Shown in pieces: positions 50,975 through 63,255 of a DNA stretch of 64,000 bases. The notes under the pieces are model-generated. The model worked only from the letters and a program-made list of their open reading frames with translations, did no database searches and was not told where the DNA came from. Each line of letters begins with the position of its first letter. Positions within the stretch are counted from its first letter, which is position 1. The position numbers and the translations under genes were made by a program. The DNA is from Vicugna vicugna (Eukaryota), in the NCBI GenBank assembly GCA_013265495.1, contig MU063673.1:8019694-8083693 (forward strand). Direction: 5' to 3'.

Positions 50975-51180
50975 CTATATACATTTTTATTGAAGTATGT
51001 TCAGTTTACAATGTTGTGTCAATTTCTGGTACACAGCACAATACTTCAGTCCTACGGGAACACACATATATTCGTTTTCATATTCTTTTTCACCAAAGGT
51101 TCCTACAAGATATTGAATATAGTTCCCTGTGCTATACAGTAGAAAGTTGTTTATCTATTTTATGTATATTTTTTCTTTTT
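50975..51180 (-). mobile_element. Short L1 3' tail
   Basis: TTTTTATTGAAGTATGTTCAGTTTACAATGTTGTGTCAATTTCTGGTACACAGC...AGTTCCCTGTGCTATACAG. Confidence 0.9.
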
Positions 51181-51379
51181 TTCATTTTTCAGTTTTATTA
51201 GGTAGAATTGTTATAATTTGACTACACGTATACACTATATTGCATGTAAATACATATACACAATATACTGCACATAGTTTTTTTAAATTTACATATATGT
51301 ACTGTTCACTGTTTCTAAGAACATTTAGAGCTTTAGCTTTTTAAACTTACATAGTTATCAAAGGAGAAAAGCCAACAAC

Positions 51380-51450
51380 AAAATAAGAATTAATTCAAAA
51401 AGATACATGCACCCCACCATTAACAGCAACATTCTTTATAATTGCCAAGA
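51380..51450 (+). mobile_element. L1 ORF2-end fragment
   Basis: AATTCAAAAAGATACATGCACCCCA...GCAACATTCTTTATAATTGCCAAGAC. Confidence 0.7.
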
Positions 51451-53625
51451 CAATTGTCCCCATATTCTGAATAGAAGATGGAGCTCTGAATTAGGGAAAT
51501 TTATGAAGAAAAAAAAAACTTTATTCAGGAAAAGAATATTTTGAATTTTGAAAAAGATATTTCTCCAAGTCCAAGTTCTTTAATGTTTTATTACAATATA
51601 ATTAAGTACAATACTATATTAGTTTCAGGTGTATAACAAGAACCCAGTTCTTTACATAAATAAATTCTTTTGTTTAGGAAATACTGAGTTAGACAGTTAC
51701 TGCCTTTGATAGGCCAATGCGTGTTGTGCCTTCCCGGGAGGTATGTGGTTTGCTAATTTTCAAAACCCTATTTAACTATGCAGCCCAAAAAGAGTTACAA
51801 GGGGGGTAAAAAATCATGGAATAATGAAGAATCACTGTCTTACTTGTGGCAAGGTTTGGGAAGTGCTGTTTTACCTCATAAGACTTATAACGAGGAAAAC
51901 AGAGCAGACAGGAAGAAAGGGCTGCAAAGACAGAAGAAGGCAATTCAAACACTGGGAAACTCAAGCAGACAGAAGGACACAGACATTATGAGAGGAAAGG
52001 CTTGCGTTTCATGCCTGCCATGACTAAATGTGTGCCTCAGCGTGGAGACCAAAGAAAGCAGATTGGCGAAGTTTTAAGCTAAGAATCAGGAGCCTGGTAT
52101 TATATTCCAGAACCTTCCTCTGACTAACTTGGATCACTTTTCAACATTGATTGCCTCAGAGGTAATGGAATAATTAAACCCTTCTTCTTTCATAAAATCA
52201 TATTCGAAATGAGCTAGAAGCTCAAGTTCATTGAGAACTTTTGAGTAGTTTCAAGAAGAGTCAAATCACATTTATGAAAAGACACAGTACTTTGTGAAAA
52301 CCAGTTACATTTATTAATTTTTGTCTGCAGTCCTGAGAATCTTGGGTAAGTTCTCCCATTAACAAGTCAAGAACAGTTCGTTTCTTGAGCAATGTTTGTC
52401 AGGAGAGACTTACAAGGGGTTGGGTCAATTAACAAAGAAATGAATTTAGGAAAAGAATGGATGAAATTCAGTTATGAAAAGGCACCCGCCACACCCCAGC
52501 GTGATTCGTGTGATGATCACTATCAAAGGAGCGAACTGAGTCAGGACCGGGCCCACCGTTTGCGTCTCAGAAGTGTCGAGTTCGATATCGAGTTACCAGT
52601 TCTAAACTTCAAATAAACAAACACACGGTTTTTCCTTTGACTGAATTTGAAAGCTCTAAGTTGGGACTCCTACAGCCATAAACATTTACACAGCTTGGCA
52701 AGCTCCTCATTATGTAAATACTCTGTGAAAACAACTTGGGTCCATAAAGTATTAATGCTATTTGATAAAAATCAGTTTTTGTTTGGTGTGTCTTTTGAAG
52801 CTAGTGTAACTCCTGGTCATTCTATATGACTATAAAAGCTTCTTGGAATCAAATCCTAATCCCGACATGTTTTTCTTGTTCATTTAAACCTTTTATATAC
52901 ATGTGGGAGCCAGAGAGAGTGGAAAGCTTTTAGGGCTTAAGCTTAGATTGTTTGTCATTCTCATGCCTGCTCTCTGAGAAGTATTTGGTCTGCCTGAGCT
53001 TCTAAGTTGAAACATACATTTGTGTTCTTAAGTATTTTCTTTCTTTTTCCCTTTATGCTTGTTCCTTTGGTTTACAAATACAGACCATCTTACTGAGGAA
53101 GAGCAGCCATACTGCCGTTGAATTGTTTGACTTACTACCTTGTCAAAAATATCTCTGGGTGTTGATTTGCTAGGTTAGCCCCTGACTCAAGCTTCCAAAG
53201 AAAGAAAAAAACAAAAACAAAAACGTTCTCAACCCAAACTCAATAGTATTAATAACCCCAGGAGCATAAAAAAACCTAAGCAAACACAGCTCACCAGAGC
53301 TGCTTGTCCAGAGCTGTAGGGGTCCAATTTAACCTCCAGAGGTGTTTTTTGTTTGCTTGCTTTTAATTCTTTTTTATTTTGGTTTTGTCATGAGAAAGAA
53401 ACAATTGAGGCTTCTGAGCAGAAATTCATAGTACTTCATTTTTCCCCTTTTGCTCAATAGCCGTACACTGGCCGATGGGGTTAAGCTACATAAAATTAAT
53501 TCATCAAGGACTAAATTGAAATGGACTCAGGAAAGGCTTAGAAAGATTTTTCCAAACGGCAAAACAGCAGATTGGAGCAAGTAAGTATTTGTTTCTCAAG
53601 AGGTGATTATGTGTGAAATGAAATA

Positions 53626-53795
53626 CAGTTGACCTTTGAACAGCGCCGGGGGTTGGGACACCAAGCCTTGAGCAGACAAAAATCCACATCTAGCTTTTCA
53701 GTGGGTCTTCCGCCGCATTCCCCGCCGCACCCTCCACGCCGCATCCACCCACGTGGACTGCACAACTCGAACCCGTGTTGCTCAAGCGTCTGGTG
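53626..53795 (+). mobile_element. Tigger MITE with TA TSDs
   Basis: TA|CAGTTGACCTTTGAACA...GTGGACTGCACAACTCGAACCCGTGTTGCTCAAGCGTCTGGTG|TA. Confidence 0.8.
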
Positions 53796-53829
53796 TATAT
53801 GGGCTAGCTTTTGATGTGTGAGGAACTTC

Positions 53830-54050
53830 TCCAGAACGTGTAGCTTAAAACAACTACCATGGAACTAGCTCATGACTCTGAGAGTCTGCCCTTTGGGGGA
53901 GGCTCTGATAAGTACTTCTGATCTGGACTGGAGTAGCCTGATCTCCCTGGGGATCACTCATGAATCCATGGTCAGCCGCTGGCTTAGCTGGGGACTGTCT
54001 GGTTTGGGGTGGCCAAAGCAAGGACAGCTGAGGGTCTTTCAGCCTGGTCC
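53830..54050 (-). mobile_element. Old MaLR LTR fragment (MLT1 family)
   Basis: GCTTAAAACAACTACCAT...CTCATGACTCTG...GGATCACTCATG...GGTCAGCCG. Confidence 0.55.
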
Positions 54051-55799
54051 CTTATTCGGATAAAACTTCCCTACCTTTCTCATTTATCTGTTCATGTCTC
54101 TAAATTAGTTTTGTAATTTCTTTAATCAATGCCATATCAGAATATTCCTAAAGGCGATATGCTCTCCTGGCTGCCTGGATTTTCTTGAGACAGGGAGTGG
54201 AGAGAAAGCCAACATTTCTTCTGACTTATGTTTAATAACTTTTAGGGTTATTTCCTTTGTATCTTGTATTATCAACAGCCCTGAAGGCTTTCAGGAATGA
54301 GCCTCAGTCCAAAGAAAACTAATTGATTCACTAATTAGATGGTCAAATGGTTAAAAATTGATGGCTAAATGAATTAGCATTTTCACTGAATGTATTGCCT
54401 TTTATTTCCACTCCCCATTTCCTGTGCATATCAGAGAAGCTCACCAGTCTCTGCAGTTTTGCCCTTAGAAACTTCATCCCCAGCTAACACGGACACCACT
54501 TATCAACTCCGCAGCCCCTGTAGAACGTGTCCCAGCCTCTCACCAGTTAATCAGGAAGCTTGAAGTGACCGATTGCAGCCTCCATCAACACAGGATGTTT
54601 TGACACAGCTGTTTGGACAAGGCTGTTTGAGGCCCCCCTACAAGGCTCCCTGGCCTGTGGGAGAGGGACATGGCCCAAGGGTCAGGGTTTGAAAGCAGCC
54701 ACCCATCTCTCATCGAACAGTAAATATTCAGATGCATAGCAGAGCATCTGCCCTGGACTAGGCGCTGAGGGGAGACTCTGTGAGCAAAACTGATGCCAGC
54801 TCAGCCCTCATGAGGCTCTAGTCAAGTAGTTAAGAAAACTGTTCATTATTCACCTTCCAAATTGGTGTACAAGCTGTATTAAGTATTCTGAAGAGAAAGC
54901 ATTGAGAATATAGGTTTGAGAACCAGAAAGAAGGTTTATAATTGTGGTGGTTGAGAATGGAGGAGCAGGTTGACCAGGAAGACATACCAGATCTCCAGGG
55001 GTTGAAATGGACACCATGAAGCTACTGTGGATTTTCTGCCAGCAGGGCTCAGTCGCTCAGATGCAGAGCCTGAAAAAAAATGGATCATTGGCTATATCTA
55101 GGGCGAGATTCATGCTCATTGGATCTGATGAAATTACCAGGGTACAAGGGAGTTTCAAGCATGGGCAGGAGAGATCTGAAAGGGTGAGCTGCAGAGTGCA
55201 CGCTCAGTGGTACGTGTGAAAAGCAGATGTGTTTCCCACCCCTAAGGGCAGCCTGGATGGTGGTATTGAGCCTGCGGAGAGGTAGAGAGCTGGCCTTCCC
55301 AAACTCTGGGGTCTCCCATCCAAAGGCAGTCACTGCCACCACTTGAAAGTGATACTTGGTAATGATGTTCTGAGAAAATTATCAATGCTAGGTCACAAAG
55401 AATACTATCTAGGTACACTTAGATTTTTAAACGAAGTTTTATTTTCTCAATATTATTTATCATGATTTTTTCAGAAAAGTCACTTTGTTGAAACTTATTT
55501 TTCCAGACACAATGACAGGGGAGTCTAAGTGAGCAGCCTAAAAGCAGTGAAAAGATACAGTCATAAGGGAAACTCCAGGTTTGGACTTTTTGTAAAATCA
55601 GCAAAAGGCCTGAAAACCCTTGCTGTTTAAATCCACCCCAGTTTCCAAGATTTGCATTTTATGAAGAACAGAATCTGTGTGATGTTGTGAAAAAGTTAAC
55701 ACAGTGACTGCTCCAGTCCTTCACACGTGTTCATTCATTGCCTGCAAAACACACGGCAAAATCCCAGTAACCAGCACTGGTGATACTGTAAGAAACCAT

Positions 55800-56085
55800 T
55801 TTCAGGAACGTTCTCCCTTCTCTGGACTTACTGTCAGCCAGTCTAGATTCTCTGAGGACACCCTGGCCCTGTCTCCCCAGAATTCCTGCAGGCCCTCTGG
55901 TGAACACACATCTCCAAGCTGGTTCCAATCTCCTAGGTCCACCTCCATCTCCCACCACCATCTTCCCGGGCTTCATGAGCTAAAAAGCCACATGCAGGCA
56001 GGCAGTCCCCTGACAGCAGTAGGTTATAGGCTCCAGCAGATGTTCCAGAATTTAAATTTTTCCCTTAGACTTTTTTATACATTTA
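55800..56085 (+). mobile_element. L2 remnant
   Basis: CATCTCCAAGCTGG...CCTAGGTCCACCTCCATCTCC...CAGATGTTCCAGAATTTAAA resembles L2 internal sequence. Confidence 0.4.
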
Positions 56086-56089
56086 TGTA

Positions 56090-56190
56090 ACATCCCTGAG
56101 CCTCAGTTTCCTCATCTGTGAAATGGGATTGATTGAGTACTGATTTGAAATGGAGAAAAGATCACCATGGCTTACATAAAAAAAACCTTA
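56090..56190 (+). mobile_element. MIR core
   Basis: CCTGAGCCTCAGTTTCCTCATCTGTGAAATGGGAT, near-exact core motif. Confidence 0.8.
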
Positions 56191-57149
56191 AATCCTAGGT
56201 GTGACTGTTTCTACAGAGCAACTTCTACTAATTTTATGGCATTAATTCTGTCAAGTCTAACCATCTTCGGTATTTCATATTTATATACCACGTCCAGGTA
56301 CCCACCCATTTGTCACCATTCACAAATTGTTCCTGTTCTATTTGATATCTTGCATTTACCTTGGATAAAAAACACCTTGGTTATTCTATCTCCAGAGCTT
56401 GCTGTGCATACCTGTACACGTGCTACTGAGAATTCTATTTCAAATAACACAACACAGTAAATGAGTGCATCCTATCAATAACAGGCATTTTAGGCTCCCC
56501 AAGATATGCACAGAATGTATACAAATGTCCTGTGCTAACATATTTTTACATTATCAGATCACATAAAATAGATATTTTAAGGGATGATATTAGGTGAAGC
56601 AGATGATATCTCTAATAGTTTAAATTTCATTAGAGTAAATAAAATTTTTTTTTCGTACTCACTAAAATATCATTTTCAATAACATTTATAGTGGGGACAA
56701 TGTCATGGCTCGTAAAACTGTGGGCAGATCGTGAAAGTGTCACCACCGCCTGTTTTCCTATTTGCTCCAGCTTGGCGGTTTCTTTGCAGGAATCCTTTAA
56801 GCCACTTGGCCGTTTGAGACAGGTTGGTGAAATTAAAACTAGGTAATATAACTTGTAAATCCACCAGTGGGCTTAAGTAAAGAGAAATGTTTTTAAATAA
56901 ATTAAAAGTGAGTGAAGGAGTGAGGACAGTAATCTCAAGTCCTCTGGGATGTGGAAAATGGCATACCACGTACAACACAAGACTTAAGAATCCAGCGAGG
57001 ACAGGAGAGTCGATTCATGTCAATGTTAATAGTGCTTAAGGTTTTTCCTTTTTAAATTACACATAAATATAAATAGAAGTTCTCATTTTCCCCCCGAATG
57101 TCAGTACTTGTGTGTGCATCAAAATCAGCTAGTAGGTTGTTCAATTTGG

Positions 57150-57270
57150 GGCCCCCTCCCAGACTCTCTCATTCAGTGGATCTGGGGTGGAGCCCAAGAA
57201 TTTGCATTTCTGACAAGTTCCCAGGTGGTGCTGATGGGGCGGCCTTAGGACCACACTTGGAAAGCCACTG
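57150..57270 (-). mobile_element. MER5A hAT-Charlie MITE
   Basis: Minus strand CAGTGGCTTTCCAAGTGTGGTCC...CACCTGGGAACTTGTCAGAAATGCAAATTCTTGGGCTCCACCCCAGA. Confidence 0.9.
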
Positions 57271-58042
57271 CAGTAGATCACCTGGACGACCCTTTGGGTT
57301 GTATCCTCTCGCAACCTTCGAGTAATTAAGGTTAAGAGTAATGCCTTCAAGAATTGATGTTCCCACTACACTCTGGTTTATAGCACCCGTTCATGTCCTA
57401 AATCTCTGCCCACTCACTCCTCCTCGTCTACCGCCCTTCCCCCGCAATGGGGGCGGAAAGGGCCAGGGAACAGGGGAAAGACGGTGCATCCTCTCCGAGA
57501 ATGCAGTTGACAGTTTGCACTACCTGGTAAATTCATGGCCTCAGCATGTTTCCCCAGGGAGAATTAATTGCTTTACTTTTCCTTTGCATAAAGCCAGGCA
57601 GATTTGTCCCCTGTTTGGACAAGACCTTGTTGCCAGCACTTTCCGAGGATGGCCAGAAACTGGCGGCTGTGTGCGGTTGATAGTGTTGTCAGGAATTCCA
57701 GGGCGGGGTATTGTCCCTTGAGTTGGGAAATGCTAACTGAGGTCAATTCTAGTTCAGCTTCCTACCTACAGAATTATGGCAGGACGTACGTTTGGCCCTC
57801 GTGACATGAATAGGTCAGCAGAAACGTATTCTTGTCTTCCTAATAGCAGACATCTCTATTTTTAAGTCTTAAGCCAGAACATATTTTTCCCCTCTTTGAG
57901 ATCCAGCAATTCGTGTCCTCAAATGAGGTATTTGAAAATCAAAAGCACAGACAAAAGCAAGAAAAATCAAACCTCCTCCCAAATTTTCCGAGCCAAAATT
58001 GTGCATAAAAAGTTATCATACGCGAGTCTCTGAAATGGAAAT

Positions 58043-58555
58043 TCAGTGTTTTGTTAACTCTTGCTGAATAACAAAACTACCCCAAATCTCATGGCTTAAG
58101 ACATCAACCATGTTATTTCCTTGCTCGTGGCTCGCCATGCGTGCGGCTCTGAGTGGAGCAGTTTGCCTCCCTGCAGGTTCAGCTGGTTCTTCTTCTTCAA
58201 GTTCTGTTGGAGCCTCTGTCTTCCTCTCCGTGGTCTCCCCACAGGGCTGGACTGGGCTTCTCACAGCAGGTTGGGCTCAGGATATAGGGCCCACTGTGCA
58301 AAAGCAGAAACTACCAGGCCTTCTTGAGAATAAGGTGAGAGGATTCCAGGGCCAGCCCAGTCTCAGAAGGACAGTCTGCACAGGGCCTGAACACCAGGAC
58401 ATACGGGGCGCTGGGGCCACCACAGTCACAGGGACTGGGTTTTCTGCTCCCTCCCGCTTGAGAGCACCTCGCATCCATACACAGGACAATCGGGGGTGGG
58501 GAGGTAGGTACAGCGTCCACTCAGGATGGCCAGCAGAGCCTCCCAAACAGGCCTA
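58043..58555 (-). mobile_element. Old MaLR LTR (MLT1 family)
   Basis: GAATAACAAAACTACCCCAAATCTCATGGCTTAAGACA...GGGCTTCTCACAGCAGG...CCTGCAAGGC-like motifs. Confidence 0.6.
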
Positions 58556-58639
58556 AATGGCTTTGACTTTAAGTGACAGAATTTTCAGAGTGCAAGGACG
58601 TGTATCTGCTGCTCAGGCTTCTCTGTTTAACTTCCTGCC

Positions 58640-58890
58640 AAAACAGCCCGTCCGTTGCTCTCCCTTCCCTTGTCCTACTGTCTTTTTTCCCCGTCACAGC
58701 ACTCAGCACTGCCTCGCCCTTTGTAGCTTAAGTAGCTATTTACTTATCGTCTGTCCCCCGCCGCAGTGTAAAGGTTCATCGAGTGTAAAACGCCCGGGGA
58801 AGGCACCCAGTCTCCCGTGGTCTCCACTGAATCCCCTGCACCAACCACAGTGCCTGGCATCCGGGAGGCTCGGCAAAAATAGCTACCGAG
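58640..58890 (+). mobile_element. L2 LINE 3' end
   Basis: TGAATCCCCTGCACCAACCACAGTGCCTGGCA...GGCTCGGCAAAAATAGCT. Confidence 0.65.
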
Positions 58891-60879
58891 GGAATGAAAA
58901 CAGAAATGTCCTGTTTGAAAAGGTGCCTCTGAGGCAGACAGGGCAACTCCAAAGTATGTTGTCCTGACGCAGAACTGGGCCAGGTTTGGGTCTCCTCTGC
59001 AGGGCCGGCACCATCACCCCCTGTTCCAGCTGGCGTGTCCCCTCTGCCATTCCCATGGTGTCATTGTCCGAGGTGTCAGTGGACATCAATCACTGGCTTA
59101 GAGGCTTTTCCGTGGAGCCTCCGGCTCTTTTATTTGGCCAATTAGGCTTTGTGCTCCTGTTTCCAAATACAGAGGTGGGAGAAACATGAACCTGGCTTTA
59201 TCTAATGCCTTAGTTTTAAGGAACAGCTTCTGGTGCAATGCTATATTATTTCCAATTAAACCTTGGCTATCTTCACCCTTGCTGAAACTGGTTAGTGAGC
59301 CTTAGCTATTCATTCCTAAAAAGAGGCTTAACAAGATAGCTTTTCACGGTGTTCTGCCTTTCACTGGGAAGTAGGGAGGAGCTTGCTGTCTTTCGTCCTT
59401 TCTTTCTCGCCTTTTTTGCTTTCTACCAATCTATGGTTTTGTCTCCACTTTTATTTTTCCCTAGGGCATCCCCTTGAAAACTTGGTGTTGTCAGTTAGAA
59501 TCCTCGTTTCTGCCCATCCTCCTGTCCATTTGCTCTTCTGATGGTTTATCGATCACAAAAAAAAACAAATCAGGTTTCCTTAATGAATTGTATGTGCTTG
59601 CATGTGATTTGGTTCCAGGTCACCTGGACCTGTCTTTGGTGGGGCTGCTCCTCTAGACGCCCAGGCTGGTCCTTAGCCCTTAAGGAGCCTTCGTCTGAAT
59701 CCGTGCATCCTGGCTTTGTGCACCTGCACAGACTGGTCCTCAGCGCTGTGCTTGTCAGCCGCTTTCCCAGCCCAGAGGCATTGGTGTGCTTTCAAACAAG
59801 GTTAAGAAATTGCTTTGAGAAAGCACTGTAAATGTTTCTCTTGGACGGCGTCCTGGTTGTTTTCCTCTGCGTCTTTTGGTTTTCCCTCGTTCTGCACCAC
59901 CCCCCACCCCCATCCCCGTCTCTGCTTGTATTACTACAGGATGATGACTCTCTCCACGGGAGCCTCAGCCCAGTCTGGCTGCAAGAGGAGGGCATCTGTT
60001 TGTCCACAGCACTAATGTGAGTGTTGTTTCTGACTGTGATGACCTCAGCCAAGGTCTTCAGACCTGCTATATCTGCAGTCAGAGTTTTCCGAAGCATTTC
60101 AGACCCTAGACCTAGAGTTCCTAGAACACAATGTGTGTCTTAAAACCAAATAAAAGACCATTAAATGTCCTGTGGAGTTTGCACCCTGTACGCAAACACC
60201 ACGTCACACCACTTACCCAGACTCAGCCCTGAGTTTGTAAATCTGCAATTCAGCAGTGAAGTGGTGCAGTCGAGCTCCTAAAAGCAAATCAAGGCAAGAC
60301 CATGGGTGTGGCGGGACCGCAACTTAAAAGAATGTGAACCCTGTTCCCTTGGGAATCACTCCCCAGCTTCCTTTCTTGGTCTCTCTCCATCTGAATCCCC
60401 ATCTTTCGTGATGTGAGCCCATCCCTGGCTCTCCAAAACTAGAAGAAAACAATCTCAGACTCACTTGAGTTTGGTGACAGCCTTGAAGCCTTGATAACGG
60501 AACTCTCCCAGAAGCTGGATTAAAACCACTTGTTTTTCATCTTCTCAGCTCACCGTTGGCGAGCAAGTACATCTGTGACATTGCTCAAGCCTGATTTCTG
60601 CCGATTTAACCTATCCCAGTTTTTAAGGAATTTAATGTTTTCCTTTATTGGCTTTTTCTTTCTCTCCCATCTGATTCCAGTTCAGTAACTATTTAGCTTA
60701 TTGCTCATTTCTCTCAAAACTGGCCCATTTCATGTCAGCAGGACAAGATTATCAGGCAGCTCTGAACAGGACCCAGTCCAGCTTTACAAACTCTCCCCTG
60801 GCATGATTTACTGCCTCCTTCCCATGGTACAGGCATTTCAGGAGTCCACAAAGATCACTCATTATTTCCCACCTCCCTG

Positions 60880-61110
60880 CTGGACTGTGCGTAGAGTGGG
60901 AAGAACACTGGACTGAGAGCTGAAAAGTCTTGAATTCTAGACACAGATCTGCGGGTGTGAACTGCACTCCCTTTGGGCATTCACCTACCCTCCTGAAGAC
61001 TGAGTTCTGCTCATCTGAGTGATGGAGATTATCATGACCTCCCTGCCTATTATGAATTTGTTGAGTAACCAAGTGAGACGCAAAAGCTTCCATGTACTCA
61101 GCAAAGTGCA
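60880..61110 (+). mobile_element. MIR SINE
   Basis: GGAAGAACACTGGACTGAGAG...TTTGGGCATTCACC...GAGTTCTGCTCATCTGAG. Confidence 0.65.
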
Positions 61111-63029
61111 CTCACCTTGTACCAAGTGCCACTAGGCACTTAGAATACAGATTTTTAAGGAGAAGTCCTTGCCACCCTTGGGAGGTGGTTCATTGTCACC
61201 ATCATCGCACAGCTTGCCTCTCCTGGAGTGTTCAGACCCATGACAGCATGGCGTCCCCAGTTGGCTCTTGGTCTCATCCCTCTCTTTCACTGATCTGTGA
61301 CGATGATGCCATTGACATTGGCAGCCAGGAAACCTGGCTCTGAGCTCCCACACTTCTTTATTGTCACTCCTGGACAGGATTGGACAGGATCTGTTGAATC
61401 AGTGGAATATTACCAGACCATAGAATCTACCACACAGTAGAGTCTCAACGGAAACATGCTCAAATTAATTTACAAATAAATCATGAATGAGTGACTGGAT
61501 GATGAAATGCTATCCTGGACAATTTAAATTTGCTTCCTGTGCTTGGCCGGATCAGAGGGGATTCCTGTGAAGTTCTTTTTTTTTTTTTTTATCTGATTCC
61601 AGTTAGTTTTCACTGGAAACTGGTTTCCTCTTAACTCATTCAACTTAACTGTAAGATTGATATCCTTTGGAGAAAAAGTACTGCTGAGATTTTTTTTTTC
61701 TATTACCCCAAGTAGATTCAGTAGTATTTGTGGGGAAAAAAAAAAGTAATTGAAATCAACATTCAGATTATTCCTCACCTCTCTGGATAACTCTTAACCT
61801 CAGCTGGCTGTTTTTGGACATTGCATCCCAGGTGGCTCTGGGGCGAGCAGACAGTCGCTAGAGTTAAGCACGTTGGTTTGACCCAGTTGCAACAGTAAGA
61901 CCAGCCCTCAAGCAGTTTTGTTCCATCATCTTAAGCTGTCTATGGAATCCCATTAAGACCTGGATATATAACAGGATTGCTGAGGACAGGGAGTTAAGAG
62001 GCTTAGAAACCCCATGAAATAAAATGCTGTATATCATGACTACATGCCCATACGTTTTTCTAGGGGATACATCCATACTCCCCAGCTTCCCTCGGATGCT
62101 CAGATATTCTCAGAGGGAGCCATGTTCCTTCCCACTTCCACCACCAAAAAAAAAAAGAAAAAAAAAACTGGTGAAGAACAGTTGATTGGAAGATTCTAGC
62201 CCATTTCAAGTATGTGATTTCTTATGACTAACATATTTAACTTTTCCCAGAACAGCTCTGTAGTGGTAATAAAAATGCAACCCTCCAAACTGCCTGGCAG
62301 TAGACTTCAAATTAGACAAGTCTATCCTGTGACTCATGGAACTTTCTCATGCTTTTGCAGTCAATAATCAGGAAAATCCCGTGTAACTTTTTCATGCTTC
62401 TAAAGACAGTAATCAGGAAAATCCTTGAGGAGGCTGTGGTTTTAAAGGATGCTAAGTCAGGTTATGATCATGTGGACCCCCATAGTATGTTTCTCCTCTG
62501 CAATTTCCTCTTGGGGGTGGTCCATTCTTCTCGTTTCTAGAATTTTGTATCAACATCCCTTGGACCCAGAAGTGTAAGCTACTAATTTATTTTATTTTAT
62601 GTCATTCTGTACAAAGGAGAAAAGGAACCATCATAAGCCATGCATAACCTTCCCATGGTACAGGCAGACCAGATTATCAATCCTCATCATGCGGTGTAGA
62701 CCTGGAAGGTGAACTCGCTGGTCTCACTTCAATACCTGCCTTTCAGCCACTCAGTGTAAACTAAACCACGCATCTCAGTTGCCTATTCCAAGTTAAATGG
62801 CCAGGGTGTTTTGTTTTGCCGTTGCTGGGTTTGATTTACTGGTGACAGAGTTGTACACACTTAGGGAACATGGAGGTGCTAATACTTAAAAAACAGCCTG
62901 TGCTTTGCTGCTCCTCAGCTGTTGCAGGATGAAGGATGCTCCCTAGAGATTCATGAAGTGGAAAAAGTCGGAGTTTGGGATCACACACATTCATCTGCAG
63001 TGTCGTCTTGCCACTTCCTTCCAGCACAG

Positions 63030-63255
63030 CACGGTGACCGTGAGCACACCCTGGATTCAGAATGTCTGGGTTTGACTCCCAGCTCTGCCACTTACGAGTT
63101 ACCAGCTTTGGGCAAATCACAGGACTCTGCGTCTGCTGTTTTCACCTAGAGAACAGAGATACTACCACAGCTTACCTTGCAGGGCTTACAGGAAAACTAA
63201 ATATTTGTAAAGCTCTTGAAAGACTGCCTGACATGTACAAATGGCTACCTACATG
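63030..63255 (+). mobile_element. MIR SINE
   Basis: GGGTTTGACTCCCAGCTCTGCCACTTAC...TTTGGGCAAATCAC...CTTGCAGGGCTT. Confidence 0.75.

Noticed and set aside
50975-51640. Possible twin-primed (5'-inverted) L1 from opposite-strand fragments
   Set aside because: The fragments are separated by about 200 nt of unassigned AT-rich DNA and no enclosing TSD was found.
52510-52540. GTGATGA...CTGA as a second C/D-box RNA
   Set aside because: The boxes are only about 20 nt apart and there is no terminal stem.
59896-59917. Minus-strand G-quadruplex-like tract (also 34015-34050 on the plus strand)
   Set aside because: Common low-complexity motif with no functional support from sequence alone.
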